A stretch of 54,167 nucleotides of DNA, from contig JACQBK010000009.1 in assembly GCA_016194505.1 (NCBI GenBank), positions 1 through 54,167 on the forward strand, in the 5' to 3' direction. The position numbers and the translations under genes were made by a program. Shown in pieces: positions 1 through 10,985 of the stretch. The DNA is from Ignavibacteriales bacterium (GTDB lineage: Bacteria; Bacteroidota; Ignavibacteria; UBA10030). Positions within the stretch are counted from its first letter, which is position 1. Each line of letters opens with the position of its first letter. Under the pieces are notes generated by a model, which saw nothing but the letters and a program-made list of their open reading frames with translations, made no database searches and was not told the origin of the DNA.

Positions 1-60
1 CGTGCGCCTTTGGCGCAAGCCCTGACTCCACAACGGAAATGGTTTTTGAGATGGCTTCTA
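1..60. mobile_element. Right end of a MITE-like element (same family as 27729-27972), with a GCGCC-TTT-GGCGC hairpin
   Basis: GCCCTGACTCCACAACGGAAATGGTTTTTGAGATGGCTTCTA resembles 27932-27972. The reverse complement of 41-60 (TAGAAGCCATCTCAAAAA..) nearly matches the left end at 27729. Confidence 0.6.
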
Positions 61-87
61 ATACGATTATTTGAAGAGAGGCATTCT

Positions 88-1152
88 GTGAGTTCAGAGA
101 ACACAAAATCCAGTTGGGTACCGACTAATCCTTTATATGATCCCAAAAAGCCGATGCAAATCGGCGGGCAGGCGGTCATTGAAGGAGTGATGATGCGCGC
201 GCCCGGTTCTGTTGCAACTGCGGTCCGTCGGGCGAATGGCAACATTGTGGTCAAGAAAGAATCATTTGTTTCTCTGCTGGAGAAATACAAGTTCCTCAGC
301 ATCCCCGTTGCGCGTGGCGCCATTGGCTTGATTGATATGATGTATCTCGGCATCAGAACGCTGAACTATTCGGCTGAAATTGCTATGATGGATATAGAGG
401 CGGCCGAAAGCTCCAAGAAAAATGGGGGCGTTCCGCAAGTTGAAAAAAAGCCAAAAATGCAATCCACCTTTGCTCTTGTTGGAACGCTTGTAATTGCTTT
501 GGCGCTTGGCATCGGGATTTTCTTTGTTACGCCGATCGTTATTACCACCAAGATATTTCATTTTGAACAGCAGGCGTTAGAGTTTAACTTAGTGGCGGGA
601 CTTATCAGAATCGGAATTTTGCTCGGGTATCTTTCGCTCATTTCTCTGATGAAAGATATTAAACGATTGTTCGAATATCATGGTGCGGAGCATAAGTCTG
701 TGTTCGCATTTGAGTTAAACGACCAATTATTGCCGCCCGTAGTTCAAAAACACAGCAGATTCCATCCACGGTGCGGAACGAGTTTTCTTCTTATTGTCAT
801 GTTCGTCGCGATCCTCTCGTTCGCGCTTCTTGATGCCGTGCTTATAAAGTTCTTAGGCGGATTAACGATGGGCATTCGTTTGCTGACGCATCTTCCGTTC
901 ATTCCCGTCGTGGGGGGCATTGCGTATGAGTTCATTAAATTTTCAGCAAAGTACAGCACCACATGGTGGGGAAAAATCATTATTGCGCCCGGTTTGTGGC
1001 TGCAACGGATTACCACAAAAGAACCTGACGAATCGCAGCTTGAAGTTGCCATTGTCGCTCTTCGCTGTGCGCTGGGACTTGAAGATGCCTCCAAATACTC
1101 TCTTGACATGCAGAGTGTTGTCGAGACGAGTTCCCCTGTTGCTTCGCGTTAG
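88..1152 (+). CDS. DUF1385 (YqhQ-like) membrane protein
   Basis: [30 protein letters not shown] and [13 protein letters not shown] motifs; usual position upstream of prfA. GTG at 88 after GAGAGG is preferred because the ORF-track extension runs through a repeat. Confidence 0.9.
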   Translation: MSSENTKSSWVPTNPLYDPKKPMQIGGQAVIEGVMMRAPGSVATAVRRANGNIVVKKESFVSLLEKYKFLSIPVARGAIGLIDMMYLGIRTLNYSAEIAMMDIEAAESSKKNGGVPQVEKKPKMQSTFALVGTLVIALALGIGIFFVTPIVITTKIFHFEQQALEFNLVAGLIRIGILLGYLSLISLMKDIKRLFEYHGAEHKSVFAFELNDQLLPPVVQKHSRFHPRCGTSFLLIVMFVAILSFALLDAVLIKFLGGLTMGIRLLTHLPFIPVVGGIAYEFIKFSAKYSTTWWGKIIIAPGLWLQRITTKEPDESQLEVAIVALRCALGLEDASKYSLDMQSVVETSSPVASR

Positions 1153-1217
1153 CTACGCCGGCATTTCCCGTTGTTCAAACTCTAATTCCATTTCTTCGAT
1201 ACGCATGTATAGCAACT

Positions 1218-2285
1218 ATGTTTGATAAACTTGAAAAAATTATTGAGCGCATCTCTGAGATAGAGCAGTTACTCAGCGATCCCGCGGTGGCTTCTGATCA
1301 GAAAAAATTCCGCGACTTGGGAAAAGAACTGAGCATGTTAGAGCCTATCGCTAAGGCATATCAGCGCTATAAAAAAGTTCAAGGCGATTTTAACGGGAGC
1401 AAAGAGCTGTTAGAATCCGTCAGTGAGCCTGAAATGAAAGCGATGGCTCAAGAGGAGTACGATAGCTTGAAGATACAGCTTGCGGCGCTTGAAGAGGAGT
1501 TGAAAGTCCTTCTTGTTCCGCAAGACCCCAACGACACGAAGAATTTTATTATGGAAATTCGCGGCGGCACCGGCGGGGAGGAGGCGGCATTGTTTGCGGC
1601 GGATTTATACCGGATGTACACGCGTTTTGCCGAACGAAAAGGCTGGAAAGTTGATTTGATGGATTGGAATGAAACCGGTAAAGGCGGCTTTAAGGAAATA
1701 GTATTTGCGGTTTCAGGTGAAGAGGCGTACGGCTTTATGAAATTTGAAAGCGGCGTGCATCGGGTGCAGCGTGTCCCTGAAACGGAAGCTCAAGGGCGCG
1801 TTCACACTTCAGCAGCGTCTGTTGTCGTGTTGCCGGAAGTTGAAGAAGTTGAAATAGATATTAACCCTGCCGACCTCCAGTTTGATACGTATCGCGCTGG
1901 CGGGAAGGGTGGGCAAAACGTCAATAAAGTAGAAACAGCCGTGCGTATTACACATAAGCCTTCGGGGATCATTGTTGCGTGCCAGCAAGAACGGTCGCAA
2001 TTCCAAAACCGCGAACGGGCAATGAAAATGTTGCGCGCAAAGCTGTATGAAGTCAAAATGAGTGAACAAACTGCTTCCGTTGCGGCGCAGCGGAAATCAA
2101 TGATTAAAAGCGGCGACCGGAGTGACAAGATTAGAACGTATAACTTTCCCCAAAACCGCGTCACCGACCACCGTATCGGGTTAACGCTGTATAATCTTTC
2201 CGCAATTATTGATGGTGATCTTGAAGGATTGATTGAACAGTTAAGGGTTGCAGACCGCGCAGAAAAACTACAGGCAGAAGCGTAA
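1218..2285 (+). CDS. prfA: Peptide chain release factor 1
   Basis: GGQ motif (GKGGQNVNK), PET tripeptide in [25 protein letters not shown]. Confidence 0.97.
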   Translation: MFDKLEKIIERISEIEQLLSDPAVASDQKKFRDLGKELSMLEPIAKAYQRYKKVQGDFNGSKELLESVSEPEMKAMAQEEYDSLKIQLAALEEELKVLLVPQDPNDTKNFIMEIRGGTGGEEAALFAADLYRMYTRFAERKGWKVDLMDWNETGKGGFKEIVFAVSGEEAYGFMKFESGVHRVQRVPETEAQGRVHTSAASVVVLPEVEEVEIDINPADLQFDTYRAGGKGGQNVNKVETAVRITHKPSGIIVACQQERSQFQNRERAMKMLRAKLYEVKMSEQTASVAAQRKSMIKSGDRSDKIRTYNFPQNRVTDHRIGLTLYNLSAIIDGDLEGLIEQLRVADRAEKLQAEA

Positions 2286-2286
2286 A

Positions 2287-2763
2287 TTATTTTCCTCTGT
2301 CCTTAAAAGGAACGTTTCGCACTCTTCCAAAAAATCCCCGCAACAGATCTTCACTTTCTTTATCGCACACTCCGGCAATGACATGGGTCGTGTGGTTTAA
2401 TCGTTTATCCTCAACGATATTAAATAATGTTCCGCAAGCGCCCGCTTTTGGATCGTATGCGGCGAACACCAAAGTGGGAACCCGAGCCATCACAATTGCG
2501 CCCGCACACATCGGACAAGGTTCCAACGTTACGTACAGCGTGCATCCTTCCAACCTTCGTGATTGGAGATGGTTAGCCGCGGCGGTGAGTGCGATCATTT
2601 CCGCATGAGCTGTGGGGTCTTGCAAGCGTTCCATTTGGTTAAATCCCCGCCCGATAATTTTTCCTTCATGCACAACCACTGCGCCGACAGGAACTTCATC
2701 CTGCTCAAAAGCTTTCTCCGCCTCCCGTAGGGCTTGCTTCATCCATTGTTCGTGGGCTATCAT
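2287..2763 (-). CDS. tadA: tRNA adenosine(34) deaminase
   Basis: [31 protein letters not shown] motifs. Confidence 0.92.
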   Translation of the reverse strand: MIAHEQWMKQALREAEKAFEQDEVPVGAVVVHEGKIIGRGFNQMERLQDPTAHAEMIALTAAANHLQSRRLEGCTLYVTLEPCPMCAGAIVMARVPTLVFAAYDPKAGACGTLFNIVEDKRLNHTTHVIAGVCDKESEDLLRGFFGRVRNVPFKDRGK

Positions 2764-3122
2764 ATTTTTACCTGAAGTTTTGCTAAACGTCTTGATGTAG
2801 TGCCGGTTCTTGGGCGATTATTCCAATGTTTTGCAAAGCGCCCCAGAATTTTTTTAGAATTTGAAAAAACTACCAAGTGAACGTAAAACTTTAACAAGGT
2901 TGCAAAAAATTGGGTATTTTCAAATTATTTTAGAGACGGAAATTTTTTAAGGTGTATTTTGATGAAAAACAGGCTTATTCAACACCCATTGTTCTAAGGA
3001 AGGGTTTGGCGATTCGACTTTTTTTGCCATAAGAATGCTCTTTCTCAATTGTGGAGTAAAGGAACCAAAGGATAAAACGGTATTAAAGCCGAGAAAAAGG
3101 AGGCATTCTGCAAACTTTTTTC

Positions 3123-3170
3123 TTGACTCTTGAGGATTTATTTCTAAATTTATGGAAGCCCTTCCAGAAA
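3123..3170 (+). promoter_or_regulatory. sigma70-type promoter followed by a LacI-type operator
   Basis: TTGACT (3123-3128), 16 bp spacer, TAAATT (3145-3150), then palindrome TGGAAG-CC-CTTCCA (3153-3166). Confidence 0.65.
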
Positions 3171-3181
3171 GAAATGGATAT

Positions 3182-4231
3182 TTGCCACCCACAATTTACG
3201 ATATTGCCAAGCGAGCGAAAGTAGGGATTGGGACGGTCTCTCGGGTGTTTAATAATCACCCGAGCGTCTCTGATGCTACGCGCAAGCGTGTCCTGAAAGT
3301 CGCCAACAGTCTCAATTACCAACCGCATCCCTATGCTCGGGGGCTTGCCAGGAAACGCACAAATTCAATCCTCGCTGTTATCCCGTTTTTTACTACGTTC
3401 TTCTTTCTCGAAATTCTTCAAGGGGTGCAAGAAAAGCTGGGCGAACTTGACTGCGATCTCCTTCTCTACGGTGTCCACCATCCCGACCATGTCGAGAGTT
3501 CGCTCCGTCAAAATGTTCTGCGTAGCCGCGTTGATGGTATTCTGTTTTTTTCGATGGCTATGCCCGCGGCATTTGCAAAGCAGTACGCGCAAATGAAGAC
3601 TCCTGTTGTGTTGATTGATACGTATAACAAAGACTTTGATTCATTGACAGTGGAAAATTCATTCGGGGCATTCCTTGCCACGAACCATCTCATTTCGCTT
3701 GGGCATAAACGCATCGGTATGTTGAATGCAAATATCGAAAGCCTTCCTGCGCATCAGCGGCTTAAAGGATTTCAACGCGCGATGAACGAGGCAGAGATTC
3801 CTATTGATCCTTTGTATGTGAAAAAAAGTAGCTCAACGAAACTCGATGGCTTTACACGCGAAGCAGGATATGAATTGATGAAAGAGTTTATCGCGCTCGG
3901 CTCCGAGATGCCCACGGCAATTTTTGTTTCGAGCGATATTCAAGCATCGGGTGCTCTTGCTGCCTTAACTGAAGCGGGTCTTCGATGCCCTGAGGATATC
4001 TCCATTGTCGGGTTTGATGACATTGAGCTTGCAAGCCATCTCGGCATAACTACGATTCGACAGCCGATGGCAGAGATGGGCGCTTTTGCGGCAGGACGTT
4101 TGGCGGAGCGAATGAACAATTTGAATTTACCGCCAACGCATAAAATGTTTATGCCAAGCCTCGTTGTCCGTAAAAGCTCGGCGCCGCCGGTAGTGCGGAG
4201 CGTAAAACAAAAAAAAGTTTCCTTGGTATGA
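3182..4231 (+). CDS. LacI-family transcriptional repressor (MalR-like)
   Basis: TIYDIAKRAKVGIGTVSRVFN HTH and DISIVGFDD sugar-binding domain motif. TTG at 3182 is preferred because ATG 3152 abuts the -10 box. Confidence 0.92.
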   Translation: MPPTIYDIAKRAKVGIGTVSRVFNNHPSVSDATRKRVLKVANSLNYQPHPYARGLARKRTNSILAVIPFFTTFFFLEILQGVQEKLGELDCDLLLYGVHHPDHVESSLRQNVLRSRVDGILFFSMAMPAAFAKQYAQMKTPVVLIDTYNKDFDSLTVENSFGAFLATNHLISLGHKRIGMLNANIESLPAHQRLKGFQRAMNEAEIPIDPLYVKKSSSTKLDGFTREAGYELMKEFIALGSEMPTAIFVSSDIQASGALAALTEAGLRCPEDISIVGFDDIELASHLGITTIRQPMAEMGAFAAGRLAERMNNLNLPPTHKMFMPSLVVRKSSAPPVVRSVKQKKVSLV

Positions 4232-4238
4232 AATTTCC

Positions 4239-6128
4239 ATGCAGAGACTAAGCAGTTCGAAAATATTGAGCATGATATTCGGTATTCTTTTAATGAGCAT
4301 GACGATGGACTGTTTTGGAATGGAAAAAAAATCTTCTCAAGGAATCAAAGTCGCCCCGGATGTTCCCCAATGGGCAAAACAAGCTATCTGGTATCAAATC
4401 TTTCCTGAACGTTTTCGAAATGGTGATCGTTCCAACGATCCACAACAAGCCGACCTTATTGGGTCGTGGCCGCATCAAGTTGCCAAAGGATGGCACATCA
4501 GCAACTGGACGGGTGATTGGTATGAGATGCAACCATGGGAAAAAGAAGATGGCAAAGGTTTTTATTTTCATGTGCAACAGCGGCGATATGGCGGAGACCT
4601 TCAAGGCGTTATAGATAAGTTGGACTATATAAAGGAGCTTGGCGTCAACGCCCTTTATTTGAATCCAATTTTTGAATCCCCATCGCTTCACAAATACGAT
4701 GCTACGCTCTATCACCACGTTGATAGTAACTTTGGACCCGATCCGCAAGGAGACGAAAAAATATGGTCGAAAGAAAACCCTGCTGACCCAACAACGTGGC
4801 AATGGAGCTCTGCGGATAAGATTTTTTTGAAACTTCTCCAAGAAGCTCACAAAAGAGGCATGCGTGTTATCATTGATGGGGTTTTCAACCATGTCGGAAT
4901 GACCTTTTGGGCGTTTGAGGACGTGAAGGCAAACCAGCGGAAATCCGCCTTTAAAGATTGGTTTAAAATCAAACAATGGGATGACCCCTCCACGCCGAAG
5001 AACGAGTTTGAATATGAAGGGTGGAATGGCGTTCAGGAGTTGCCCGAAGTTCTAAAAGACAGCAACGGTATTGCGCCGGGACCTCGAGACCATATTCATG
5101 CCATAGTAAAGCGATGGATGGACCCGAACGGCGATGGAAATCCGGAAGACGGCATTGATGGCTGGAGGCTCGATGTTGCCGAAAAAGTGCCGATCTCCTT
5201 TTGGAAGGAATTTCGCCAATGGGTTCGCGCAATCAACCCCGAAGCCTATGTCGTTGGAGAAGTTTGGTGGGAGGATTGGGAAAACGGAAAAATGTTCAAT
5301 GCCGCTCCTTGGCTGCAAGGGGATGTCTTCGATGCTGTTATGAATTATCGTTGGGCGAGGGAAGCATTCCGTTATTTTGCCGGTGATAAAACGAAGATTT
5401 CAACAATGGAGTTCACAAAGCGCCTTCAAAGTCTTTTACGAGATTATCCCATGGACATTAACTATGTCCTCCTCAATTTGTATGATAGCCACGATACAGA
5501 CCGGCTTGGTTCGCATATCGTCAATTATGACCTGTCCTATGATCAAAAGGTGGGGTTGACCGACAATAAAAAATATCAGGTCCGCAAACCGAATGAAGAT
5601 GAATTGAGAACGCAACGACTCATGGTTCTGTTTCAGATGACCTACCTCGGTGCTCCGATGATCTACTCTGGGGATGAGGCAGGCATGTGGGGTGGGGATG
5701 ACCCAGACTGCCGAAAACCGATGTTGTGGGCTGATCTTCAGTACGAAAACGAGCGTTCGCATCCCTTCGGTGGAACACGACCGAACGATGAAAATAAATT
5801 TAACGGGGAATTGTTTCAATGGTATTCTCAACTAACGCACATGCGCGCCGCCCATCGCGCACTGCAGACCGGAACATGCGAATTTCTGCCGACCGATGAT
5901 GGAAAGGACATCCTTGCATACATACGAACGGAAGGTCAATCTCAAATTCTTGTTGTGTTGAATAATTCCCTCGCGCGGCAAGAGGTAACGCTGCAAATAC
6001 CACCGAGCATTCAAGCGAAACAGTGGAGGGGCATTCTTGAGCAAGTGAATATTTCTTCCAAAGAGGGGATAGTCTCCCTTACGCTGACGCCGAAATCTGG
6101 GAATGTATTTGAATCTGTGCAGGAATAA
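4239..6128 (+). CDS. GH13 alpha-amylase / neopullulanase-cyclomaltodextrinase type glycosidase
   Basis: YQIFPERF, YGGDLQG, DGVFNH, catalytic DGWRLDVA, GEVW and DSHD regions; N-terminal hydrophobic segment. Confidence 0.93.
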   Translation: MQRLSSSKILSMIFGILLMSMTMDCFGMEKKSSQGIKVAPDVPQWAKQAIWYQIFPERFRNGDRSNDPQQADLIGSWPHQVAKGWHISNWTGDWYEMQPWEKEDGKGFYFHVQQRRYGGDLQGVIDKLDYIKELGVNALYLNPIFESPSLHKYDATLYHHVDSNFGPDPQGDEKIWSKENPADPTTWQWSSADKIFLKLLQEAHKRGMRVIIDGVFNHVGMTFWAFEDVKANQRKSAFKDWFKIKQWDDPSTPKNEFEYEGWNGVQELPEVLKDSNGIAPGPRDHIHAIVKRWMDPNGDGNPEDGIDGWRLDVAEKVPISFWKEFRQWVRAINPEAYVVGEVWWEDWENGKMFNAAPWLQGDVFDAVMNYRWAREAFRYFAGDKTKISTMEFTKRLQSLLRDYPMDINYVLLNLYDSHDTDRLGSHIVNYDLSYDQKVGLTDNKKYQVRKPNEDELRTQRLMVLFQMTYLGAPMIYSGDEAGMWGGDDPDCRKPMLWADLQYENERSHPFGGTRPNDENKFNGELFQWYSQLTHMRAAHRALQTGTCEFLPTDDGKDILAYIRTEGQSQILVVLNNSLARQEVTLQIPPSIQAKQWRGILEQVNISSKEGIVSLTLTPKSGNVFESVQE

Positions 6129-6190
6129 TTGTGAAAAGTTTTTTTATTTCAACTGACTAATTTTCTCATATAAAATAAAGGAGAAAAAAA

Positions 6191-9100
6191 ATGACAAAAC
6201 CAAAACAAGTAACCCTATTGGCAAATTTTTGCAGTAGCATAATGAGCCATTTAAGTTTAACACTTAGTAGAAATCGTCTATTATCCGCGAAATTTAAAAA
6301 ACGAAACAGCTACGCGGTATGCAATAAGTTTGTGTTTGTTTTTGTGTTTTTGATGATACAAACCGGCTCACTTCTTTTTGCACAGGAGTTGGAGATACGC
6401 GGAAAGGTAACAAGTGCGGAAGATAGAATCGAATTGGTCGGCGCTTACGTTTTAGAGAAGGGTACTACGAACGGGACTGTTACAGATATTAACGGAGAAT
6501 TTAGATTAAAAGTAAAAAAGGGCGCTGTGTTAGTGATATCATTTGTAGGTTTTGCAAAAGAAGAAATACAAGTATTAGAACAAACATATTTGAATATTGC
6601 ATTAAAACTTGAGGTCAAGCAACTTCAAGAGGTAGTAGTAGTGGGAATTGGGTATGGCGAAGTAAAAAAAACCGACGCTACTGGTTCTATTACAGCTATT
6701 TCAGTAAAGGATTTCAGCAAGGGAACAATTACATCGCCACAGGAATTGCTTATTGGAAAAGCGCCGGGCGTTATTGCTAATTCGCTTGGCGGTGCTGCAG
6801 GCGCAGGAACAAAAATCCGTATTCGTGGCGGTTCGTCCATACAAGCCAATAACGATCCTTTAATAGTGATTGATAACATTCCTTTGGAGAGCTCGGGAAT
6901 TTCGGGTATGGCTAACCCGCTTTCAACTATTAATCCAAATGATATTGAGTCAATTACAATTCTGAAAGATGCTTCTGCAACAGCTATCTATGGTTCAAGA
7001 GCTTCTAATGGTGTTATTATCATAAAAACCAAAAAGGCTTCGTTAGCTGGCGAAGCAAAAATGACCCTAAACTATAACGGCAGTTTTTCTTTAGCAACTT
7101 CTGCCAAACTATTATCTGTCTTTACAGGAGACGAATTCAGGGCATTAATTGCAAATAGGGTTGCTAACTATGGATTGACTTCCACAGCGCTAAGCAGATT
7201 GGGAACGGCAAATACAGATTGGCAAAAAGAAATTTACCGAACTGCACCTATAACCGAGCACAATATAAGTATTAGCCACTCTCTCTATTCTATTCCGTAC
7301 CGTGTTTCATTAGATTATTTATACCAGGCTGGGATTTTAAAATTCAATACGATAGATAGAAAAAATGCTACTCTTGCATTGTCACCATCATTATTGGACG
7401 GCAGTTTGACTATGGATTTAAATGCCTCGGGTTCATGGATAAGCAATAATTTTTCAAATAATGATGCGATTGGTTCTGCTCTTGAATTTGACCCAACACA
7501 ACCAATTAAGAATGGGAACACAAGATATGGTGGCTATACGGCATGGACGGAAATCAGCTCTGGTGATCCACTCAATGGCGCACCAAATAATATTGCGACG
7601 CATAATCCTGTCGCTCGTTTAGAATATCGCGATAATACTTCTGATGTGAAGCGATATATTTTAAATGGTAAATTTGACTATAAAATTCCTTATGTGCCTG
7701 ACTTGAAAGCAACTTTAAATCTTGGCTATGACTACTATAAGACAACTGGAAAAGATATTACAAATACATTAGCTTCCTGGTCATACAGAGAGCCTGAAAC
7801 TCAAATCAGAGAGTATGCTCAGAAAAAGACGAATAGTTTGTTAGATTTCTATTTAAACTATAAAAAAGAATTAGGTTTTAACAAAATTGATTTTACAGGC
7901 GGATATTCCTACCAACATTTCTATAATGAAGGAGAAAATTCCAACAGAGCATGGGACCCGACAGTCTCGGGTGCAAAAACAACACCGTATAAAAATGAGT
8001 ATTTTCTAATTTCATTCTTTGGCAGATTGAACTATACATTATTTGATAAGTATCTATTAACAGCAACTTTAAGAGACGATGGTTCCTCGAGATTTTCTAA
8101 AGATAACCGTTGGGGTCTGTTTCCAGCAGTTGCGTTAGCTTGGAAATTAACCGAAGAACCTTTCATCGGAAAATCGGAAATGTTTAATGAACTTAAACTT
8201 CGCCTTAGCTGGGGAAAAACCGGACAACAAGATGTAGGAGGGAACTATTATCCATATATTCCAACTTACACAGCCAGTACGGCCGGCGCTTATTATCAGT
8301 TTGGAGATACATTCTATCCAACACTACGCCCGGATGCATATGATGCAAATTTAAAATGGGAAACCGTAACTTCCTTAAACGCCGGATTGGATTTTACATT
8401 ACTCAATAAAAGAGTATCTGGTTCTATCGAAGTGTACAAGAATACTTCTGATGATTTATTAAATAATATTCCTATTCCTGTTGGCAGTAACTTTTCTAAC
8501 TTTTTGCTTACAAATGTAGGTTCAATGGTAAATAAAGGTGTAGAAGTTGGTTTGAACGTTACTCCGATTTTAGAGAGTGATTTATCGTGGGAACTTGGAG
8601 TAAATTTGACATATAATAAAAACGAGATAACCAAATTAACCTTATCTGATGATCCCGCATATACCGGAGTCAATACAGGCGGTATTTCAGGCGGTGTTGG
8701 AAATACAGTTCAAAAATTTATTGTTGGATACCCTGCAAGAGTTTTCTTCTTGTTTTCTCAGGTACTTGACGCAAACGGGAACCCCATTGAGGGATTGTAT
8801 GTTAATAAAAGCGGTCAAGGAGGTAACGTATCCGGTAATGAGTTAAATAAATATTATTTTAAATCACCTAACCCTGATTATTTAGTAGGTATATCTTCTA
8901 AAGTAAACTATAAAAACTTTGATTTTAGCTTCTCTGGCAGATTGAGCATCGGAAACTATGTATACAATAACAACGCATCTAACAGAGCCCTATATCAACA
9001 AGTGTATAACCAAAGTGGATATTCGTCAAATATCTTAACTGACGTTAACAAGACAAACTTTACTACAGCGCAGTATTGGTCTAGCGTTTATTTAGAAAAC

Positions 9101-9313
9101 GGATCATACTTCAAGCTGGATTATATTAGCCTTGGTTATAATTTCACATCCTTCTTCGGTAATAATCTTAGCGGACGCATCGGATTATCAGTACAAAATG
9201 TTTTTACAATCACCAAGTATTCAGGATTGGATCCCGAAGTTGACAACGGTATTGATAACAACATATATCCACGACCACGCACCTACATGTTCTCAATTGG
9301 TCTTAATTACTAA
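6191..9313 (+). CDS. susC: SusC/RagA TonB-dependent transporter
   Basis: IRIRGGSS, NPNDIESITILKDASATAIYGSRASNGVIII, LKWET, C-terminal YPRPRTY. Confidence 0.95.
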   Translation: MTKPKQVTLLANFCSSIMSHLSLTLSRNRLLSAKFKKRNSYAVCNKFVFVFVFLMIQTGSLLFAQELEIRGKVTSAEDRIELVGAYVLEKGTTNGTVTDINGEFRLKVKKGAVLVISFVGFAKEEIQVLEQTYLNIALKLEVKQLQEVVVVGIGYGEVKKTDATGSITAISVKDFSKGTITSPQELLIGKAPGVIANSLGGAAGAGTKIRIRGGSSIQANNDPLIVIDNIPLESSGISGMANPLSTINPNDIESITILKDASATAIYGSRASNGVIIIKTKKASLAGEAKMTLNYNGSFSLATSAKLLSVFTGDEFRALIANRVANYGLTSTALSRLGTANTDWQKEIYRTAPITEHNISISHSLYSIPYRVSLDYLYQAGILKFNTIDRKNATLALSPSLLDGSLTMDLNASGSWISNNFSNNDAIGSALEFDPTQPIKNGNTRYGGYTAWTEISSGDPLNGAPNNIATHNPVARLEYRDNTSDVKRYILNGKFDYKIPYVPDLKATLNLGYDYYKTTGKDITNTLASWSYREPETQIREYAQKKTNSLLDFYLNYKKELGFNKIDFTGGYSYQHFYNEGENSNRAWDPTVSGAKTTPYKNEYFLISFFGRLNYTLFDKYLLTATLRDDGSSRFSKDNRWGLFPAVALAWKLTEEPFIGKSEMFNELKLRLSWGKTGQQDVGGNYYPYIPTYTASTAGAYYQFGDTFYPTLRPDAYDANLKWETVTSLNAGLDFTLLNKRVSGSIEVYKNTSDDLLNNIPIPVGSNFSNFLLTNVGSMVNKGVEVGLNVTPILESDLSWELGVNLTYNKNEITKLTLSDDPAYTGVNTGGISGGVGNTVQKFIVGYPARVFFLFSQVLDANGNPIEGLYVNKSGQGGNVSGNELNKYYFKSPNPDYLVGISSKVNYKNFDFSFSGRLSIGNYVYNNNASNRALYQQVYNQSGYSSNILTDVNKTNFTTAQYWSSVYLENGSYFKLDYISLGYNFTSFFGNNLSGRIGLSVQNVFTITKYSGLDPEVDNGIDNNIYPRPRTYMFSIGLNY

Positions 9314-9334
9314 TTTTAAAGAAGGAAAAGGAAA

Positions 9335-10951
9335 ATGAAAAAAAATACATTTATAACCCCGGTAATATTAATCATTGTGTTCTTATTTTCATCTTGTGTG
9401 AAAGATTTGGAGGTAGAGCCGATTGATCCAAATGTAAATACATTAAACAATGTATTTAAGGATCAGGCAGCATATAAACAAGCGCTGGCAAAGTTATATA
9501 CTAGCTTTGCCATCAGCGGGCAAACCGGTGGCGGCGGTGGACTTCCTGATATTTCAGGTATTGATGAGAACTTTGGCAATTACATTCGCCAATATTGGGG
9601 CTTACAGGAACTTTCTACTGATGAAGCAATTATTGCTTGGGATGATGCCACAATTAAAAACTTTCATTGGCAAACCTGGTCGCCAAATGATGTGTTCATT
9701 ACGGCGATCTACTCAAGAATATTCTATACTGTTACCATCAGCAACGAATTCATTAGAAATGTGAATAGCAAGATTGGTTCGGCTTCTGGCACTTTTCTTA
9801 GTGATTTGAAGAAGTTTAAAGCAGAAGCTCGTTTCTTACGCGCTCTTTCTTATTGGCACGCAATTGATATGTTTGGTAATGTTCCTTTTGTTACCGAAGC
9901 TGATTTACCGGGCGCATTTTTCCCCCAAAGGATTACTCGTGCTGATCTCTTTAACTATATTGAGAAAGAACTCAAAGAAATTGAGACCGATCTTGCTCCT
10001 GCAAGACAAAACGAATACGCAAGAGCGGATAAAGGAGCAGCGTGGTTTTTGCTTGCAAAATTATATTTGAATGCAAAAGTATATATAGGCACGGAAAAAT
10101 ATACCGAAGCGCTCACGTATATTAACCAAGTGATTGCTGCTGGATATACGCTAGACGGCAATTATACGAAATTATTCTCTGCTGACAATAACCAAAGCGG
10201 CGAAATTATTTTTCCAATTGCTTTTGATGGACAAAACACTCAGCAATACGGAGGAATGACTTTCATTCTACACGCTTCAAATGGGGGAGGTATGCCATTA
10301 TCTGGAATAGACGGTGGCTGGGGCGGAATTAGGACTATTAAGGATTTTGTATCCAAATTTAATATAAGCGAAAGTAATTTTGCTTCAACTACTCAATACC
10401 AAAGCAGTGACAAAAGAGGAATGTTCTTCTTTGATAAATCTAGCTGGCAATGGGAAATAACCAATGTCGGTACATTCACTCACGGAATTGGTGTAACCAA
10501 GTTTAAAAACGTTACTTCAGCCGGGGGACCCGCACCAAATGCTCACGCCACTTTTGTAAGTACAGATTTCCCGATGTTCCGTTTGGCTGATGCTTATTTA
10601 ATGTACGCCGAAGCTGTACTGAGAGGCGGTTCAGGTGGTGATATGGCAACTGCTGTTGGTTATGTCAATGCTTTAAGACTACGTGCTTACGGTAACAGCT
10701 CAGGAAATATTAACACTTCTGGTTTAACGTTAAATTTCATATTGGATGAACGCGGTCGCGAGTTGTATTGGGAAGGCCACAGACGAACAGATTTAGTTCG
10801 TTTCGGACAATTTACCAACGGCACTTATGTTTGGGAATGGAAAGGAAATGTTAAAAATGGAATTCAGACAAGTTCTTTCAGGGATTTGTATCCAATCCCA
10901 GTAAACGACCTGAACGCTAATCCACATTTGCAACAAAATATCGGCTATTAA
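9335..10951 (+). CDS. susD: SusD/RagB glycan-binding lipoprotein
   Basis: Lipobox FSSC, EARFLRAL, FRLADAYLMYAEA, LDERGRELYWEGHRRTDLVRF, QNIGY end. Confidence 0.95.
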   Translation: MKKNTFITPVILIIVFLFSSCVKDLEVEPIDPNVNTLNNVFKDQAAYKQALAKLYTSFAISGQTGGGGGLPDISGIDENFGNYIRQYWGLQELSTDEAIIAWDDATIKNFHWQTWSPNDVFITAIYSRIFYTVTISNEFIRNVNSKIGSASGTFLSDLKKFKAEARFLRALSYWHAIDMFGNVPFVTEADLPGAFFPQRITRADLFNYIEKELKEIETDLAPARQNEYARADKGAAWFLLAKLYLNAKVYIGTEKYTEALTYINQVIAAGYTLDGNYTKLFSADNNQSGEIIFPIAFDGQNTQQYGGMTFILHASNGGGMPLSGIDGGWGGIRTIKDFVSKFNISESNFASTTQYQSSDKRGMFFFDKSSWQWEITNVGTFTHGIGVTKFKNVTSAGGPAPNAHATFVSTDFPMFRLADAYLMYAEAVLRGGSGGDMATAVGYVNALRLRAYGNSSGNINTSGLTLNFILDERGRELYWEGHRRTDLVRFGQFTNGTYVWEWKGNVKNGIQTSSFRDLYPIPVNDLNANPHLQQNIGY

Positions 10952-10985
10952 AAATGAAAAGTATTATAGTCTAAGGAAAACAAAA

